A model generated the notes under the pieces. The model had not been told where the DNA came from. It saw only the letters and a program-made list of their open reading frames with translations, and ran no database searches. From a virus (lineage: Duplodnaviria; Caudoviricetes): a stretch of 64,000 nucleotides of DNA. Positions 11,401-21,739 of the stretch are shown here, one piece after another. The stretch covers positions 1 to 64,000 of IMG/VR virus record IMGVR_UViG_3300021400_001327. The stretch is one strand, 5' to 3'. Position numbers and translations under genes: made by a program. Numbering within the stretch: position 1 is the stretch's first letter; each line of letters starts with the position of its first letter.

Positions 11401-14400
11401 CGATCATCAACTGTGTGCGAAGCTCTTCGGTCTGCTGTCTGAGGTCGTTCTTCGTCTGCTCGTCTGTGAAGTTCAGCGGTCCCTTGTCGACCAACGCCTG
11501 ATATTGTGCTTCGACATTGGCAAGCTCCTGTTCAAGAGACGCGACCTCATCCTTGGATTCCTTCCAAGACGCAGTGGCATCGTCTGCCGCTTGTGTAGCA
11601 ATCTGTTCAGCATTAGCCGCGTTGTTCCACGCTTCGCCGATTTTGCCAAGAGCCCACATGACAGCTGAAATAGCCGCCATCGCCCCGAGGTTGGCAAGCA
11701 ATCCTTTGAACACGCCGCCAAGCGCTTTGATTTTCATGCCAGCAACAGTGGCGCCGTCACCGACCTGAATCAAACCCTTGCTATATTTCAGAGCGAACTC
11801 GGTCGCTCCATTCATTGTATAGTTCGCACCACCCATCGACTCCTGCATTGCAGAGATAGCTTTCTGAGTGGCCACCGTTTTATCGAGCGTCTGTCCGTAG
11901 AACTTATTGTACTGCTCGACAAAATTGCCGTCTACTTTTCCAGAGCTTTTTGAGCCGAACGGGAGCAGTGATGCAAACCCTGTTAAGGCATTGCCGCCAC
12001 CGAGCTTGGCCAACCCAATCGTTCCAAGCGCACCGAACGCGGGACCGATTGCCCCGATTTTGCTGATGAGACTATCGAGCGCATTCAGGATATTGGCGCC
12101 GCCGCCATAGAACATTTTGATCATGTCGCTGTTGACGACCGTCTGCGAGAGGTTTTCCCACGACGCCGTCAACTGAGCCTGCTTGGCCGCGATAGAGTCG
12201 AGCCAGCGGGCGTGTACTTCTTCCATCGTGCCAGCAGAGTTCTCTGATGTCTTAAGGATCTCCTCTGCACGGCTCATGTTATTGAGCAACGCGGCTACTT
12301 GGTTCGATCTGACTTTACCGGCGAGCAGTTCAAGCAACGCGCTCTGCTTGATGTCCGTCATGTCGTTCCAGACTTTGGAGATACCAAGCATAATGTCATA
12401 CAGGTTCTTGTATGTGTCCTCATCCTGCATGATGTCAAAGCCGCCTTTGCCGTCAATATTCGTCAGCGCGGCGACCTGTGCGCGGAGTTTAGAAGTCGAC
12501 TCGGCCATATTTGAAGTGTCTTCTCCGGCCTCTTCTACATTTTTGTTACTCCATCCTTCTGGACGGGGGTGGGTCATTTCTGCCCACCTCTACGATTTCA
12601 TGTTGTTATATTCGTAGATCAGACCATACCTTCATCTCATGGAGATGTGTGGCATACGCATAGCTGTCACCAGCTACGCTGTGGTCGTTACGGGATTCTT
12701 GTATGAATAATTGATAAATACAAGCCTTACCCTCGGAGTTGCCCTCTTCAGGGTTTTCTCCGATTTGAGCCACATGTTTACCCGACTGTCACCAGTCGGG
12801 GGAGCAAGAAGTTTACTCTGTTTTTGCGCCACGGATACGCATAGACATCGTCCTAATAGCGTTACCGGCGCTACTCGCGTCACGCGTGACTTCCGTGATG
12901 GCCGTGATCATAGCCGTCGCCTGGTCAAGGTCGACTCCAGTCAGGTTCAGTGCGCTGGCAGAACGCTGAAGACCAGCCGCGATATCAGACGCCGTTACAG
13001 CATACGCGTTAGCTACGGCGGTCATCTTGTCGCTAACAGCTTCGGCATCGCCGACATCCAGTCCATCAAAACCACGGATGATAGCAATCAACGCGTCCGA
13101 CGCATCGTTCACGCTTTGGAAGTTACCGGTGTTCGCGAACTTCGTGGTGACTGTACCGAGCTCTTGGCTTTCAGCCAGCGAGTAGCCCATGCGGCCATAC
13201 TCGGTAGCGGTGTTGATAAGGTCTGCCACAGACGAGCCGATGGCCACAGCCGTCTTGCCGCTCTGTTTCTGGAAGCGCTCATACGCCGCCGCAGACTCGT
13301 CAGTAACTTTGCGGAGCTCAGTCATCGCCGTATCGATCTGGGTGACGTAGCCAGCCATCTTCCTGACGGTGCCCATTACCCTCTGCACAGCCATGAACGC
13401 AGAGCCAACACCGAGCACACGAGACGCGAGCTTAGACAGCTTCCCGTCATACACGCCGACCAACGCACCGCCAGACTCAAACGACTCGTTCAGCGCCTTG
13501 ACTTGGTTCTGCATGGTCGCGAACGACTCTTTCGCGGCTTCAAGGTTGCCGCCCCGGTACTGTGCTTCGTAATCTCGACGCATCTCCTGATACTGCTTGT
13601 CAAGAGCGAGTTGCGCAGGGCTCCACTTTCTACGGTCACCATTCTTGCTATTGATGGCATTGACCTGCTCTTCAAGACCTTTAGCCTGTTCGCGCAGTTT
13701 GCCAAATGCGTCAATGGTCGATATTTCCTTAAGCCTCGCCTCACACTGTTCGAGCGCCGCGTTCAGTGCCTTCAGGTTAGCTTCGCTCTGATCGGCCTGA
13801 TATGCTGAGTAAGCCCCCTCAAGCCTGTTTTTTATGGCTGTACTCTCAACCCTGTCTCCGTCTTCCCGCTCGTGTTCAAACCCGAGTAGGCCGTAGTTTT
13901 TGTCGCCTCTGACTTTCTGGTACTGCTGGACGGCTTCGACGTGCGCTCTCGCTTCATCTGAGATTTGTCCAAGCGTGGACAATTGCTGGTTAAACTCAGC
14001 CAGCCCGTTCGGCGCCCGGAGGTCAATAGCATTCAGGCTGGCCAACGCATCCCTAAGCTCCCGAATCTTCTGGAGCTTTGATGAGTCGACATCGAGCGAG
14101 TCCATCCAACCGTTCAGTGTATCATTGACATTGTTACGCTTGGTGTTTGCCCGGAAGATGTCCTGATCAATGGTCCGCTGGCCACGCATGCGCTTGATTT
14201 CTTCACCGATGCGAGCCTGAAGCTGTGTTACTGAGCCACGGTCATCGACGTTCGCGGTCTGGAAGGCGGCGAGCATATTATCGATCACAGTCGTGTCGAG
14301 CGTATGTCCCATCTTCTGATAGGCTTCGCGCAGGCCGTTGACCTGATTAACGTAGCCTTCATAGGCAGACGCACGTCTGGCTTCCAGTGTATCGTGGGTA

Positions 14401-17400
14401 TGCTCGGCATTATTGTAATTAGCGTCGGCTTTCTCGAACTCCTTCTGGGCTTCAGCCGCCGCTTTGATTTGCGCTGTCAGGTTAGCAAAGGCGTCAGCGC
14501 GGTCGCTCAGAGAACTATCATCCTTGAGCCCCGTTACCTGATTGATAGCGGCCTCAAGGTCGCTCCTTTGCTTCGCTACCATCGGGCTGTCTGTGCTCAT
14601 GCGGGACAACAGGTCGTTGGCCTCAACAAGCTGTTTATCTTCTTTGTCCCTGCGCTTCGCAGTATCCAGTAGTCCCTGAAGCCCTCTCATCTGCGTGATG
14701 CGGGATTCAAGGTCGCCGGTGCCCTTGAAACGAGACAGGGCATCGACCACTTTACGCAGGTAATCTGGCAGTTTCGGGGACGACATGCCGCCGTACGGCT
14801 GTGCCATCGTGGCAACCTGATTCCTGATGTTTTCAGCCTGTTTGTTCTGACCGGGCACCATCCTATACTGTCTGCGGTTCTGTTTGCCGAGCTTCTCGTT
14901 ACTCTGCTGGCGGCTTCTCCACTTCGGATACTTCACGTCGAGGTCATCGCGCATCGTCGCCATGTTTTCTTCGATTTCCCGCATGGCCGCATTGCGCTCA
15001 TCAGCGCTCTGCGCTTTGCGGTATCTTGCGATGGCCTTTCTCGCGGCGTCGAACTCCGGCGGCAGTCCGCCAGACCCACCGTTCATGGCGTTATATTTGT
15101 TTTTATACTGTCCCATCGTGACAGTGCTAATGCGGTTGACCTTGCGGTTCTCTTTTGCCAGACGGGTCTGTTCTTTCTGGGCTTTGTTCTGCTCTACCTG
15201 AACGCGATGTTGGTCACGGTATGCAGATGTCTGCTCACGATAAGAACGGGTAACAGCGTTCATGGCCTTTGCCATAGCGTTGTATGCGTCGACTCTGACC
15301 TGTGGGTTATCTTTGGCTGCCTGACTCTGGAAATCCTGATACGCCTTATCGAAATCACCGAAAAGCGAAGAACGACCAGCGCTATCGAACGTTTCATCTA
15401 TGCCGATTGCTCTGAACTGATTGATGAACAGTTTTCTCTGGGAAAGCATGTCCTCAACATATGTGTCCATCTTCTCGACAGCACTGCTCGCCCATTTCTT
15501 CTGCATCTGTTTATTCAGGGCGCCAACACTGATTTCTAAATCTTTTACGGCGCTTTTGGCTTCTTGCAGGGCGTTTACGTCTTCGACGTTAATAAGGTCT
15601 ATCTTCCCAGCGTCATCGACTGTGGCAATTTGCATCCACTGCTTAAGTAACTCGTTCTTGTTTGGATCGCCCTGCATGACCGGCAGTTCGTACATAGCCT
15701 TCATCTTGTTAACAAGAGCTAACCTTTGCCGCTCATACTCCCTTTGGAAAGAGTCGAGCTTGCTTTTGTTAGCCATTGTGGCGATGTTGTTGTATAGTGT
15801 AGAATACTCTATATTTCCATCGTCGCCTACATTTGCGTCAAACCTGTACTGTGCGCGAACCTGTTCGCCAGACCCATACTTTTTATCGGCACCAGAGATA
15901 TTGATGCCGCGAAGTATACCGTTGGCCCCAAACAAACCAGTAATGGTTTTCTCTATAGCGCCGCCATTGTCGCCCAGAGAATCAAAAATTCTCTGAATCT
16001 CTCCTCCAACCTCACCAAGATTCAGAGAATTCAAAACTGTTTTTAGTTGTTCGAGAGATTCAAAATACCTAATCGTTCCACCGGGTGGTAAGTCATCTCC
16101 GCCGCCGCCAGACCCGCCACCGGGTCCGCGTCCGCCGCCCCCAACGCCGCTCATCAACTGCTTGTGCTCATCGTTGGCTTTGTTCTTTTTGTCGATTTGT
16201 TCCTGAAGCTTGCCCGCGTTGCGCTGACTTTCCTGTAAGTCCTTCTGGGCAGCCTGTTCGCTCTTCTTCGCGTCTGCGGCTTCCTTCTTTGCGGTCTCGG
16301 CTTTCTGCTTCTCTTGATTGAATTTCGTTTCCGCCTTCTCAGCCTTCTTCTCCGCCTGCTCTACCTGCTTCTTCAGTCTCGCGTTTTCCTTCTGAAGGTC
16401 AGAGTTTTGCTTCGACAGGTCTTTATCTTTCTGCTTGTTCTCGCTGGCCTGCTTCTGCGCTTCCGCGTTTTTCTGCTCGAGATTAGCGACCTTCTTCTCT
16501 GCATTCTGCGCCCGCTTTTCAGCTTGCGCAACCTTCCGCTCTGCTTCCTGTCTGGCTTTGTCGCTATCTTTGGCCTGCTTCTGCGCTTCATCGAGTTTAG
16601 CCTGCGTGTCCTGATCGGTTGAGGTTTTGCCTTTTTTGCCGCTACCTTTCTTGCCGCCGCCAGAGCCGTCTTCGTTCTGCCTTGTGCTCTGTTTCTTTTG
16701 TTCTTGCTTTTGCGCGGCCTGCTTTTGTGCGTTAGCCAACTGAGCTTTTAGACTGGCAATTTCTTCGTCTTTCGCGGCAGACTCTTTGCGGGCTTGCTGA
16801 GCTTCCTGTTGGGCGTGAGCAACATCGGCTTTCGCCTTAACAGCCTCCTCTTGTGCCTTTTGCGCTTCACGCGTAGCGCGGTTTTTGGCCTGTGATTCAG
16901 CAAGTTTATCGGCGTCTTCCTTATCATATTTTGCTATATCGCTATACGCCCTTTCTATAGAATTGACAAGGCTTTCTACTTGGGATGAAAAACTGCCGAT
17001 ATCTTCAATCGCAGAGGCGGCATCACCACCGCGTAAATTCTTTATAGCTTGCCACTTATAAATATTGGCATACTCCACATTGTCGTAAATATTGGCAATA
17101 GACGCGTTGTCTCTGTGCTTTCTATAGGTTGTTCTGTCGATTGCGCCGAGAGCGTCAGTCATTTTGATTCTCTGAGCGGCGATGGCCGCATACGGGTTTG
17201 CCGCGATTTCTGCTCTTCTCTTAATATCGCTGGGATTGTTCCATATTGTTCCCTTGCCGTACGGCTTCTCGAGCGCTTCAAGAGTCTTTCTGATATCGCC
17301 GAATTCCTTCAGTGTTTGTCCATAATTGCTCATCTGAGAAGACAACTGGTCGAGCGCACTGACAAGCCTGTCTATACCTTTGTAGTTGGCATCTCCTTTT

Positions 17401-17648
17401 TCGTTATCGCCAAACCACGATTCATGGACTCTACCCCAGCCGTAGTAACGAAACTGGTCGCCGTTATTGCCGTCGCTTTTTTCATTAACTGTTTGATTGA
17501 TTGTTATGTTTGTGACGCCGCCGGACGCATTTCCACCCCTGCCATTATTTCCAAGCGCTGAATCGATCCGATCTAATATCTGGTTGAACTGCGCACCGGT
17601 TATCCCCGAATTCGGTATCTTTCCACCAATATTCACTTTTCTTGCCAT
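2420..17648 (-). CDS. Giant tail tape measure protein, spliced (exons 17648-12815 and 12537-2420; ~4,983 aa)
   Basis: TP901-type TMP motifs (IDTAMTELRKVT, ANAYAVTASDIAAGLQRSASAL, LLELLAGKVRSNQVAALL). Removing 12538-12814 gives ...MRIRGAKTE-L-EEAGEDT in frame. Confidence 0.9.
12538..12814 (-). ncRNA. Group I intron (277 nt, no homing endonuclease ORF) in the tape measure gene
   Basis: 5' exon ends in U and pairs GAGU/GCUC (P1, U-G). P4 UCGGAG/CUCCGA; R CGUAACGACCAC and S AAGGUAUGGUCU (P7 GACCA/UGGUC); ends in G. Splicing restores the frame. Confidence 0.9.
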
Positions 17649-17663
17649 GTATTTCCACCGCCT

Positions 17664-18287
17664 TTATTTCATAGATGATAATAGTTCTGAAACCGCTTCA
17701 TTGAGCGCGTTTTCATGTATCTCTGGTAGCACATCTTGTATCTCATTCAACACCATTTGCCATGCTCGTGTTTGGTCGTACTCTTCATCGTACACTTGAT
17801 AAAAATCACGCGGTGGATGGAAGTCTCCCCTGTACCGATGGTGCCTTGGCAGCGGATAACTATAGCCATAGCCACCAATGACCTGGGGCTCCAGCATACC
17901 GTCACCGCTACCCTTATCTGTTTGTCCGGGTGGTGTGATATTAATCATTTCACCGCTGAAGTTGATGTAATCGCCACTTATGGCTCCATCGGCAATATTG
18001 ATAACTACGTTGCTTGGGTCTCCAAGACCTCCACTACTTCCGCGTCTTACATAATAAGGCATCTCGTTATGATAAGCACCATAAACATACCGATGCACAC
18101 CCTGCACAACCAGACCTGATATATAATCCCATATATCTCCACCATCAGCACACAGTGTTTGTATGGCCTCCTGAAGTACGGGTAATAGCATTTCAGCAAA
18201 ATGCTTTTTGTATACGTTGTTAAAGTCTTCTAAACTAAACGCCACCCATATCACTCCAATCTTCCTATATTCAGTGCGTTTCTGCAC
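17664..18287 (-). CDS. Hypothetical protein upstream of the TMP, possibly a tail component (likely start GTG ~18245)
   Basis: ORF track and position; GGAGTG RBS precedes the internal GTG. Confidence 0.5.
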   Translation of the reverse strand: MQKRTEYRKIGVIWVAFSLEDFNNVYKKHFAEMLLPVLQEAIQTLCADGGDIWDYISGLVVQGVHRYVYGAYHNEMPYYVRRGSSGGLGDPSNVVINIADGAISGDYINFSGEMINITPPGQTDKGSGDGMLEPQVIGGYGYSYPLPRHHRYRGDFHPPRDFYQVYDEEYDQTRAWQMVLNEIQDVLPEIHENALNEAVSELLSSMK

Positions 18288-18301
18288 GTTATTTTCAATT
18301 C

Positions 18302-18336
18302 AAAAAAGCGGTCGCCAGATTTCTCCGACGACCGCG
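18302..18336 (-). terminator. Intrinsic terminator
   Basis: GCGGTCG...CGACCGC stem followed by T6 on the minus strand. Confidence 0.65.
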
Positions 18337-18342
18337 TACTGT

Positions 18343-18771
18343 TTACAGGTTTACATCCCACTGTGTCATTTCCTTCACAATGGTCTGCACATAACTGTTT
18401 CCGTGGTTCTTCTCATACGCTTCCGACATCTTGATCAGGTCTTCCTTCTCATACGCCGCAAGCTTCTTGTCATCCAAGTGTTTGTAATACATATCTGTTA
18501 TCTCGTGCCTGAGCATGGCCTGAAGCGCCAACTGTTGGTCGCCGTTCGTCTTTTTCTGCATTGACAAAAGCTCGCTGACCGCAGTCTTCAGCGATTCGAT
18601 TTCGCACTTCATATCATCCGCGTCTGTATTCCGGCGCACAAGGTTCTTAAACCGCTCACGCGCCTTCTTGCTGAGTCCGAGCACCGCGCCGGTGATAGCC
18701 GTGATGGCGCCGATCATCGACGCGAGCCAAGTGAGCAGAGATGCGATGTCAAAATTTTCCATTGAAAACAC
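18343..18771 (-). CDS. Holin-associated membrane protein
   Basis: N-terminal TM segment, coiled coil, and a C-terminal YEKNHGNSYV motif common in lysis modules of Firmicute phages. Confidence 0.55.
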   Translation of the reverse strand: MFSMENFDIASLLTWLASMIGAITAITGAVLGLSKKARERFKNLVRRNTDADDMKCEIESLKTAVSELLSMQKKTNGDQQLALQAMLRHEITDMYYKHLDDKKLAAYEKEDLIKMSEAYEKNHGNSYVQTIVKEMTQWDVNL

Positions 18772-18776
18772 TCCCT

Positions 18777-19280
18777 TTATTTGGGAGGCATCGCCTCCCC
18801 GTTTGATGCCATTTCTTTGATTGCTGTCAACACTCCAATGATTGGCGAGGTTCCGTCCTCGCCGGGTTTAATGAATTCAGTCATGTTGTCGCCAAGCGCG
18901 ATCAGGCTGTCCAGCAGTTTGTCGACAGGCTGTCTCTTGTCGGCGACCTTGTCGGCATTATCAAGCATGCGCGAGAACGCGTTGAAGTATTCCTGCCCGA
19001 GCGGCGAGTGGTCGCTCATGTATTTCAGATAGCGGGCATAGCCATACGCATACACCGCCGCCATAACCTCGTCGGCGTTGACGGTCTTATCTTTGATATC
19101 GCAGAACGTATACAGGTAAGCACTGATACGCATAAAGTCTTTGAACACAACGCCCTCATCCAGAGCCGCGTTGATCACGTTCTTGCTATACTGCATTGCT
19201 ACCATTGTCATTTCCGTATAGGAAATATTGCTCTTGAATTTCAACTCTCCGGGATTATACATATCTTTATACCTCTCCAC
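18777..19280 (-). CDS. Hypothetical protein
   Basis: 167-aa ORF co-oriented within the operon. Confidence 0.6.
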   Translation of the reverse strand: MERYKDMYNPGELKFKSNISYTEMTMVAMQYSKNVINAALDEGVVFKDFMRISAYLYTFCDIKDKTVNADEVMAAVYAYGYARYLKYMSDHSPLGQEYFNAFSRMLDNADKVADKRQPVDKLLDSLIALGDNMTEFIKPGEDGTSPIIGVLTAIKEMASNGEAMPPK

Positions 19281-19295
19281 TTAATTTATTGATGC

Positions 19296-19598
19296 TTACT
19301 CAGCCGACCCGCCGTATGCGTCCTTCTTACCGAACATTGTGTCCAACGCGTCATAGCCACCGTTCGCCGCCAGAGAGACGACCACAGCATTCAGTACATC
19401 CAGAACGACCGTGCTCCAGTTTGTCAGTGTTCCGGTCGCCAACTGAGACACGACAAGGATGACCAGCGCAAAGAAATAGCTGATCAGCTGAACGGGCACC
19501 TTGTAGCAAACCTTCTTCGTGAACTCTGTCAGGATGCCGGTAGCCAGCACACAGCCAGCAAACGTAGCGAGATATTCCCAAGTGAAAAACGTATCCAT
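19296..19598 (-). CDS. Putative holin
   Basis: 100 aa with three hydrophobic segments; GGAGG RBS; near the endolysin. Confidence 0.7.
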   Translation of the reverse strand: MDTFFTWEYLATFAGCVLATGILTEFTKKVCYKVPVQLISYFFALVILVVSQLATGTLTNWSTVVLDVLNAVVVSLAANGGYDALDTMFGKKDAYGGSAE

Positions 19599-19610
19599 AA
19601 TATTGCCTCC

Positions 19611-20834
19611 TTAATTCTTCAACTCTGGCTCACCGGCCAAAGCCTGAGCCACATAGTCCATGATCCATTCCTGCGAGACGGCGCCCATCGACCTCATCTC
19701 TGTCAGGATATCATTGCATTCCTGTGCAGCCGCAGTGCAGGCGTCAGCCGAGTCGTGAATACTCTGGGCATAGCCAGCCGCCTCCTGTGCAGAAGCCGCC
19801 GCCTCGTCCCTGTAATCGTCAACATACTCGATGTCCGCGTCCAGCACAGCGATCTGCTCGGTCAGCCGGTCGGCGATATCTTCGCACTCCCTCTGCGCCG
19901 TCTGTGCCGCAGTCGCCGCGCCACTGGCCGTGTTCATATATCCGTTCGCCGCGTTCTTCGCGTCGACCGCCAGCCCTGCCGCGACCTGAGCTTCTCGTCT
20001 TGCGTCACGCGCCATCTGAAGCTCTTCAAGATACTGGTCGGCGTAACTGCCAGACGTCTGCGCGTGCTGAAGTGAGAGGTCGGCGTAGCTTTGTGCCGCA
20101 GCGATAGAAGCATGTGCCGCGTCGACAGCCGCCTGTAAGTCCTCTGCGCTCTGAGCCGCCTCTTCAGCCGCCCGCTGTGCGTCATTGCGTTCGGTCTGCG
20201 CGACGGTAGCATGGCCGAGCGCCTGCGTGGCGTACGTCTGTGCCTGAGACGCGCTCTCCGCCGCATCGTCTTTGTAGGCACCGGCCTGCTCAGCCGCCGC
20301 CTCTGCCGCCTCCTGCGCCACGACCGCGCCGTCCTCTGCCTGTTCAGCCGCCGCCTGCGCCGCCTGGGCTGAAGCCCTCGCCTGATTGATAGCGTCATAG
20401 GTTTCTTCGTATGCCTGCTTGAGTTCCTCGACCTGCGCCAGCAAATCGAGCTCACGGTCTTTCGCCGCCTTGATAGCCGCTGCTGTCGTGAAGCTCTGAT
20501 GAATGCCGATCTTATACGTCGGGGACTTCTTCAGCCGCGTTCCGTCCAGCCACCAACCCTCGGCCTCAGCAAGTCCGCTCGGCTCAAGGTCAACGTCTGT
20601 CAACGTAGCCTTCAGCAAGCCGTTTTCTTCTGTAACGCTTTCGAGTAGGTAGACCTCGCCGTCTGCCCTGTGCCACCAGATTTCGCCGGTGCCGTCTGGG
20701 AATTTGTACTTCGCCTCAGACATGTCGATGACGATTTCGGTCGTCTCGTTCTCTGTGCTGATTGGCACATAGTTGACGATGTTTTCAACCAACTCCATCG
20801 TCTGCATCGTCAATCTCCTCCTCTCTGGTGACAT
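19611..20834 (-). CDS. BppU-like N-terminal domain plus Ala-rich coiled-coil structural protein (start probably ~20807)
   Basis: Beta-rich N-terminus (TEIVIDMS...LKATLTDVDL...KKSPTY) followed by a long Ala/Gln heptad region. Confidence 0.55.
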   Translation of the reverse strand: MSPERRRLTMQTMELVENIVNYVPISTENETTEIVIDMSEAKYKFPDGTGEIWWHRADGEVYLLESVTEENGLLKATLTDVDLEPSGLAEAEGWWLDGTRLKKSPTYKIGIHQSFTTAAAIKAAKDRELDLLAQVEELKQAYEETYDAINQARASAQAAQAAAEQAEDGAVVAQEAAEAAAEQAGAYKDDAAESASQAQTYATQALGHATVAQTERNDAQRAAEEAAQSAEDLQAAVDAAHASIAAAQSYADLSLQHAQTSGSYADQYLEELQMARDARREAQVAAGLAVDAKNAANGYMNTASGAATAAQTAQRECEDIADRLTEQIAVLDADIEYVDDYRDEAAASAQEAAGYAQSIHDSADACTAAAQECNDILTEMRSMGAVSQEWIMDYVAQALAGEPELKN

Positions 20835-21723
20835 GTTCGTATTGCTGTTCGAGCTCAGTCGCGTCGCTGTCGGTCAGGTGTTTGATGATCACCGTATACA
20901 GCTTGTCCGCGACATCCTCTTGCGGGGTGTCCTCTTCCTTGTAGTCGTCCACCGTTTCCGCGTACAGGGCGTTCCACGTCTTCGGTCCGACCACGCCGTC
21001 GACGGCCAGCTTGTAGTCCTTCTGGAAAGCCTTGACCTCCGCCTGGGTCTTTGCGTCGAAGATACCATTCTGCGTACCACAGTCATAGCCAAGCTTGCCG
21101 AGCATCTGCTGAAGCAGGAGCACACTGTCACCACGACTGCCCTTCTTGAGCAGCGTCTTAAGCTCTGGCGCGAGCGGTACGCCAAGCTCTTTGGCTACGT
21201 CCTGTCGCAGTGTATACATGTTGTAGTTCGCCCACGCTGTTCCGGGCTTGCCCCACCAATGCATCACGTCAGCGTGATTGCTGGCACAGCCTTCCGCGTG
21301 AAGCTCGCTGTGACACTTGATTTCAGACGGGCTGATATCGAACATCTTGCAGAGCTCTGTACATAAATAAACAACGCAGCCGTAGAGATACTCGACTGCG
21401 TATACTGTGTCTTTCGCCTTGGATGGCTCGCAGATTTCAAAACCCACGCACCAGTCATTGGCATTCCCTTTATTCCCGCTCCCGCTTAACCACGGGCGCT
21501 GGTCCCACGGGAGGGTCTGCATGATGCCGTTCAGGTCAATAAATGCGTTAGGGCACTTGTTGTAACTCGGGGTGTTCCATCGCCGCCAGCGGTCACGCGT
21601 TGTGCCCTTGCAACCAACGCTGTGCACCTGAATGCCGGTCGGCTTGATTTTGCGCCCCTTAGAATAGGCGCGGTTCTTCGTCATAATAAATTCCTCAATG
21701 GGATATTTACTGTTTGGCTCCAT
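20785..21723 (-). CDS. Endolysin: Amidase_2 N-acetylmuramoyl-L-alanine amidase plus PG_binding_1 domain
   Basis: GIQVHSVG, GFEICEP, HSE...SNHAD motifs; LKKGSRG..V..LQ..L...GY...FQ...L.VDGVVGPKTW. Confidence 0.9.
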   Translation of the reverse strand: MEPNSKYPIEEFIMTKNRAYSKGRKIKPTGIQVHSVGCKGTTRDRWRRWNTPSYNKCPNAFIDLNGIMQTLPWDQRPWLSGSGNKGNANDWCVGFEICEPSKAKDTVYAVEYLYGCVVYLCTELCKMFDISPSEIKCHSELHAEGCASNHADVMHWWGKPGTAWANYNMYTLRQDVAKELGVPLAPELKTLLKKGSRGDSVLLLQQMLGKLGYDCGTQNGIFDAKTQAEVKAFQKDYKLAVDGVVGPKTWNALYAETVDDYKEEDTPQEDVADKLYTVIIKHLTDSDATELEQQYEHVTREEEIDDADDGVG

Positions 21724-21739
21724 TGCTGTTCACCTCCCA

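Noticed and set aside
12538-12814. Pseudogene, frameshift or stop-codon recoding as the cause of the split TMP, tube and RNAP genes
   Set aside because: Each gap has group I core elements and U/G boundaries whose removal restores frame and motif. The other genes read normally in code 11.
2822-17561. Many + strand ORFs (e.g. 9422-10756, 12711-13808)
   Set aside because: They are antisense shadows of the long codon-biased TMP gene, with no RBS or recognisable motifs.
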